DNA of 64,000 bases, from assembly GCA_963781885.1 (NCBI GenBank), contig CAWAHW010000002.1:384001-448000 (forward strand), read 5' to 3'. Of the stretch, positions 61,074-64,000 are shown piece after piece (the stretch's first letter is position 1; every line of letters begins with the position of its first letter). The position numbers were made by a program, and so were the translations under genes. The notes under the pieces are model-generated. The model saw nothing but the letters and a program-made list of their open reading frames with translations, was not told the DNA's origin and ran no database searches. The DNA comes from an uncultured Spirochaetota bacterium. Lineage in GTDB: Bacteria > Spirochaetota > Spirochaetia > SZUA-6 > Fen-1364.

Positions 61074-62367
61074 GTCTCATCCCAAGCTGCAGGCGGCGGC
61101 TCGTGAAGCCATTGGCGGACAGCGCAGGGGGCTGACGGCCGTCCTGCCTTTCATCGGGCCCGCCTTTATTGCCTCCATCGCCTACATAGACCCTGGCAAC
61201 TTCGCAACAAACGTCCAAGGGGGTGCCCAGTTCGGTTATGCCCTGCTGTGGGTGGTCCTCTTGGCCAACTTGATGGCAATGCTCTTGCAGAGCCTTTCCG
61301 CCAAGTTGGGCATTGCCACCGGAAAGAATCTTGCGGAGATGTGCCGCGTTCGCTTCCCCGTATGGGTATGCTACGTCCTGTGGATTACACAGGAGCTTAC
61401 GGCAATGGCGACCGACCTTGCGGAGTTTCTCGGTGCGGCAATCGGTCTCAATCTGTTGCTGCACATTCCTCTGTTGCTGGCAGCAGCCCTGACAGGGGTA
61501 CTCGTTTTCGCCATTCTCGCGGTGACACAGAGAGGTTTTCGCGGCCTGGAGCTCTTTATCGGCGCCGCCGCCGGGGTGATCGCACTGTGCTACGTTGTAG
61601 AAACCCTTCTGGCAAAGCCCGATTGGAACCAGATACTCATTCATACCTTTGTGCCGAGCCTCCCGGGTAATGACGCCGTTCTTCTCTCGGTGGGCATCAT
61701 TGGCGCCACCGTCATGCCTCACGTGATCTATTTGCACTCCAGTCTTACGCAGAATCGCATCGTTCCGCACAGTGACCAGGACAAACGCAGGATATTCCAT
61801 TTTGAGAAGATCGACGTGATCGTGGCCATGGGCGTCGCGGGTTTGGTCAATATGGCGATGCTTTTCATGGCCGCGAAGGTCTTCAACCTCACGGGGCACG
61901 CGGATGTGGCAGAAATCACGACCGCGTATCAAACCCTCACTCCCCTGCTTGGAGGAGGTGCTGCCGCAGTGTTCTTGATCTCGCTGATTGCCTCGGGGAT
62001 TTCCAGCTCTCACGTGGGTACCATGGCGGGTCAGGTGGTCATGCAGGGGTTTGTCGGTTTTCGAATCCCCATATGGATCCGGCGAATGGCCACGATGATT
62101 CCCGCGCTGATCGCCATCGCTCTGGGGCTTGATCCCACACGAACGTTGGTCATAAGCCAGGTGGTCCTAAGCTTCACCCTGCCTATTCCCGTCATCACCC
62201 TGATCATGTTCACGAGAAATAGAACGATCATGGGATCCCTTGTGAATCGACGCCTGACGACGATCCTCGCCATCGTTTGTGCCGTGGTCATACTCTCCTT
62301 GAACATCGTATTATTGTACACAACGTTCGGCGGGCAGGTCAGTGTGGGAGGGCACAACGGTGGATGA
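61066..62367 (+). CDS. mntH: Nramp divalent metal transporter
   Basis: AYIDPGNFATN, ATDLAEFLG, GATVMPHVIYLHS, SQVVLS. Confidence 0.93.
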   Translation: MSESHPKLQAAAREAIGGQRRGLTAVLPFIGPAFIASIAYIDPGNFATNVQGGAQFGYALLWVVLLANLMAMLLQSLSAKLGIATGKNLAEMCRVRFPVWVCYVLWITQELTAMATDLAEFLGAAIGLNLLLHIPLLLAAALTGVLVFAILAVTQRGFRGLELFIGAAAGVIALCYVVETLLAKPDWNQILIHTFVPSLPGNDAVLLSVGIIGATVMPHVIYLHSSLTQNRIVPHSDQDKRRIFHFEKIDVIVAMGVAGLVNMAMLFMAAKVFNLTGHADVAEITTAYQTLTPLLGGGAAAVFLISLIASGISSSHVGTMAGQVVMQGFVGFRIPIWIRRMATMIPALIAIALGLDPTRTLVISQVVLSFTLPIPVITLIMFTRNRTIMGSLVNRRLTTILAIVCAVVILSLNIVLLYTTFGGQVSVGGHNGG

Positions 62368-63301
62368 AAGAGTATTCCGGCACATCCTCTTCCCCTTGGA
62401 TGGGTCACGGCTTGCCGAATCTGCCCTCACCACGGCAGTATGGCTCGCCAGAGCCATGGACGCACAAGTGACCCTCGTCCACATCATCGAGAAGAACGCA
62501 CCTTCAGAAATCCATCGCGACAGGCACCTCGTGACCCCGGAAGAGGCGGACACCTACCTCCAGGAGATCTCCCGTCGCCCCACGCTGTCAGGTTTGCGCG
62601 TAGAGACGCACGTGCACACAGCAGAGGTAGGCGATGTCGCGCGCAGCATCGCTGAGCACTCCGCCGAGCTGGCGCCTGACCTCGTCGCCATGTGCACGCA
62701 CGGCAGAGGCGGTGCGCGGAGACTCCTGTTCGGAGTTATCGCGCAGCAAGTCATCTCGCTGGGGAAAACTCCGGTGCTGATGGTGCGTCCTTCGAAGGGG
62801 CCGCAATTCGTCGGAACGACGGGAGATTTTCGAACCATTCTTGCTCCTACTGATGGCAACCCGGGCCACGAGAAGGGCCTGCCGTTGGCAACGGAGATCG
62901 CACGGGCATTCCACAGCCGGCTCCATCTCCTCATGGTGGTGCCAGACGTGCGTCATTTGACCGGCTCCAGGGCCGCGACTTCGTTCCTTCTGCCGGGAGC
63001 CACTCGATTCAATCTAGAGGTCGAAAGTGAAGACGCACAAAAGTACCTCGACCGGCGCGCGGCAGAGCTGAGCCGGCAAGGTGTCCTGGTGGACCATGAA
63101 ACCTCCCGCGGAGACCCGGCCCGCGCCATCATATCCTCAGCGCGCCGCCTCTCGGCGGATCTTGTGGTGATGGGGACCCACGGACGGGCGGGGGCGGATG
63201 CATTCTGGGCAGAAAGCGTCGGTGCGCGTGTTGTGGCTCGCATTCAAGCGCCGCTGATGCTGGTTCCTCTGGACAGGACAGAGGTCCAAACGACCCGGTA
63301 A
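62360..63301 (+). CDS. Tandem universal stress protein
   Basis: ILFPLDGS..AE, DLVAMCTHGRGG; second domain ILAPTDG, DLVVMGTHGR; overlaps the mntH stop. Confidence 0.88.
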   Translation: MDERVFRHILFPLDGSRLAESALTTAVWLARAMDAQVTLVHIIEKNAPSEIHRDRHLVTPEEADTYLQEISRRPTLSGLRVETHVHTAEVGDVARSIAEHSAELAPDLVAMCTHGRGGARRLLFGVIAQQVISLGKTPVLMVRPSKGPQFVGTTGDFRTILAPTDGNPGHEKGLPLATEIARAFHSRLHLLMVVPDVRHLTGSRAATSFLLPGATRFNLEVESEDAQKYLDRRAAELSRQGVLVDHETSRGDPARAIISSARRLSADLVVMGTHGRAGADAFWAESVGARVVARIQAPLMLVPLDRTEVQTTR

Positions 63302-63380
63302 TAAAGGAATCCGAATCATCGGATAGTGAAGCGGTCGACGGCGTGCGTGCGGGGTTGATGGGCCACTCAGTTGCCTTCGC

Positions 63381-64000
63381 TCAGCTCTTTCCCGTGCGCA
63401 TCCGCTCAATGATCTGCCGATGCTCGTTGAGAAACTCGAGGAAGTATTGCTGCACGTCGCCGAAGAACTGCCGCTGCATGAGCGCGCCGGGTCGGGTGAT
63501 GTAACGATAGTGCCAGCTCTCATAGCGGTAACCGGTGACCTGCTCAAAATCGGCAGGGTATGAAAGGGTGAAGCCGTACTGCCATGAATGTGCTGCCACC
63601 CACGCTCCCTCCTGCGTCTTTTCATAGCCGTCGCTGATCGTGCCGAAATCAATTGCCGTGCCGAGCTGGTGCTGGGAAAGGCCGGGGTGCGCAGATTCCC
63701 GGTCCGCGACCTCCTTGCCGTACATCTTCACCTCGCGTTCATAGACGCCTCTTTGGTAGTCGTAGGAACGATAGGTGGAGGAAAATGTGATGGATACACC
63801 GTCCCTCTTCGCTGCCTCGACCATCTCGAGCACCGCGGGCATGATTGCTTTTCGGAGCATGAGGTGCGGCCACGACGTTCGCACAGGGTAGTCCTTGAGG
63901 GCGACCAGATCCGGTGGCACATAGTCCATGCTCAGGGCATGCTGCTTGTCCACCAGCACGAAAAAGTCCGGCGGTTGGTCCAGCACCTGGGCAAGGAGGC
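63381..64000 (-). CDS. M15B D-alanyl-D-alanine carboxypeptidase (VanY-like), 5' end outside the window
   Basis: LVDKQH, S.YRSY..Q, SA.PG.SQHQLG.AID, YGF.LSYP, YESWHYRY. Confidence 0.88.
   Translation of the reverse strand, partial: LLAQVLDQPPDFFVLVDKQHALSMDYVPPDLVALKDYPVRTSWPHLMLRKAIMPAVLEMVEAAKRDGVSITFSSTYRSYDYQRGVYEREVKMYGKEVADRESAHPGLSQHQLGTAIDFGTISDGYEKTQEGAWVAAHSWQYGFTLSYPADFEQVTGYRYESWHYRYITRPGALMQRQFFGDVQQYFLEFLNEHRQIIERMRTGKS

Noticed and set aside
63381-64000. Vancomycin-resistance vanY locus
   Set aside because: M15B carboxypeptidases are common housekeeping enzymes; no vanHAX or vanRS is visible in the window.

Overview
A GC-rich bacterial chromosomal window, probably from a free-living spirochaete. 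This is inferred from signal-peptide style (e.g. 'FATGQGE') and gene content, not proven. No rRNA, tRNA, CRISPR array, transposase or phage gene was recognised. Main blocks: (1) 1-21 kb is a large cyclitol catabolic island. It carries a Thermotoga-type iolM-iolN-iolG-iolO operon plus an atypical transaldolase, a second IolG, an IolI2-like isomerase, extra Zn-dehydrogenases, two sugar ABC importers, a LacI regulator with three visible operators, and two PLP aminotransferases (DegT/StrS and class III). The aminotransferases suggest aminocyclitol (inosamine/streptamine-type) catabolism, the best candidate here for an undescribed system. (2) 21-36.5 kb: SPFH protein, a ~9.2 kb cyclic beta-1,2-glucan synthase (Cgs/NdvB), small membrane proteins, CtpA, SCO and a PAS-GGDEF protein. 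(3) 36.5-38.4 kb: a translationally coupled SDR and ERG4/ERG24 sterol-reductase-like pair. (4) 38.5-41.6 kb: selenium cluster (Cys desulfurase/Sec lyase, selD, DUF3343, yedF). (5) 41.7-46.6 kb: dehydrogenase-FGGY kinase-aldolase operon and sigma54-driven amtB-glnK. (6) 46.8-56.1 kb: envelope genes (orphan four-helix-bundle protein, exported lactonase, two exported ankyrin proteins, PAP2, a zincin/propeller/barrel protein, DUF318 and TIGR03943 permeases). (7) 56.3-64 kb: Zn ABC plus Zur, mntR-mntH-USP and a partial VanY-type peptidase. Seven otherwise intact genes carry single frameshifts, mostly in short homopolymers, which points to long-read assembly errors. All family calls come from motif recognition and recall; no database searches were run.
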